In this document: positions 39,136 through 40,200 of the stretch, in pieces | How positions within the stretch are numbered: the first letter of the stretch is position 1 | How the letters are laid out: each line of letters opens with the position of its first letter | NCBI RefSeq assembly: GCF_000181795.1 | Contig: NW_003526945.1 | Location: 257,030 to 297,229, forward strand | Length of the DNA stretch: 40,200 nt | DNA from: Trichinella spiralis | Lineage: Eukaryota | Direction: 5' to 3' | Notes under the pieces: model-generated | Told to the model about the DNA's origin: nothing | Database searches by the model: none | What the model saw: the letters and a program-made list of their open reading frames with translations, nothing else | Position numbers and translations under genes: made by a program

Positions 39136-40200
39136 AAGCAAGCTTTTGCCCGAAAATTGTTCACTTAAAAATTAGCTTCATTTCAGCTACTTGGTTTTCT
39201 GACTTAAGAAAATTTTCAGATATACATAGGTGTGTTTTGTTTAAGTCAATTTTGTTTTGTTAATGCGTTTTTTGTCAGATAGTTTATATTTTGACTGGAA
39301 TTTAAATATATAGGTCATTTTTGAATTTTTAAATAGATAAATGTTTTCCTAATGGTAGAAATTAACAGTGCATTTCTTCTGTCCATATTGCAACGCGGCT
39401 TAGCAAAGAATTTATCTTCAGCCAAAAGTTCTAACGCACTAAAAACCGGTTTCTAACGCTGCATTATGCAAATAACTATCGCTATAACGCGCCTTATCAT
39501 CAGTAAGGGTGCGTTTGTTTGTTTAATTTACGTGCCAATTAGTAGCATCGTTGAACGTTCTCTGAGTTCATTATAGCGTTAAATAGCCGCTGAAGTCGGT
39601 TTGCAGAATTACTGACAAGTATTCCATTTTTCTGATTTTATTTTTTTAAAACTTTTTATACTCATTGTGTAAACAGTTATTTTTTAATTAGACAGCACTT
39701 AATGATTATATTTGTTGTAATTCTACTTTGTGATAAAGTGAGGATAGTTTTGATTTAATATCATTATTGCAGGTTTAAAGAATGGAGCAAAGAAAATGTG
39801 AAAACACGGACGGCACGAAGCAGAACAAGAGAAGGTAAAAGGTAAATGCAATTTCTTGTGCATCTGTGAAGCAGGGCTAAGGATACTTTGAAAGGGTGAA
39901 GTTATTCCTTAGTTTAAGAAATTACCCAAGTTTGTTGTATGTAATATATAAGTAAGATATTTTTCACTGTAAAACTGTTCTTTTTGATTTTCATATTAAG
40001 ATTAAGTATGACTTCATCTTTAGACAGATTGAAAGTTAATTAACTTTATTATCACTATATATTATTTTTTCAAATTTTGCAGCATCACAGACATTTGGTA
40101 AATTACTTTTTTTGGTTCATTAACTTTGTTTGTCAGCATACGCAGCGAATGTGCTTATATTTTCGTGAAAACATATTGCGATAAGTTCCATTTATGTAGG
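39136..40200 (+). repeat. Repeat copy 3, inverted relative to 913-2307; runs off the window end
   Basis: Direct reverse-complement match to 913-1769 and 2090-2307. Confidence 0.95.

Overview
This is AT-rich eukaryotic DNA with many short GT-AG introns and TTTCAG-type acceptors. It is most likely a nematode, possibly Trichinella-like, although that is an inference from composition and protein similarity. The ORF track shows only exon fragments, so I spliced the genes by hand. Seven multi-exon genes are supported: protein disulfide-isomerase A3 (+), sulfide:quinone oxidoreductase (+), APC/C subunit CDC27 (-), a highly divergent Integrator subunit 5 (+), a ZIP1/2/3-type zinc transporter (+), a C2H2 zinc-finger protein (-) and synaptobrevin (+), the last with two alternative terminal exons and an intron-split ATG. 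One orphan ORF (8557-9231) is weakly supported. The gene block is bracketed by inverted copies of a repeat of at least 1 kb (913-2307 and 39136-40200), with a further diverged tandem copy at 1-890. The repeat unit keeps GT-AG intron-like boundaries but no conserved ORF. There is a 10-N gap at 1772-1781, followed by a low-quality duplicated read tail. I found no rRNA, tRNA, CRISPR array or transposase. Family assignments come from remembered motifs, not database searches.
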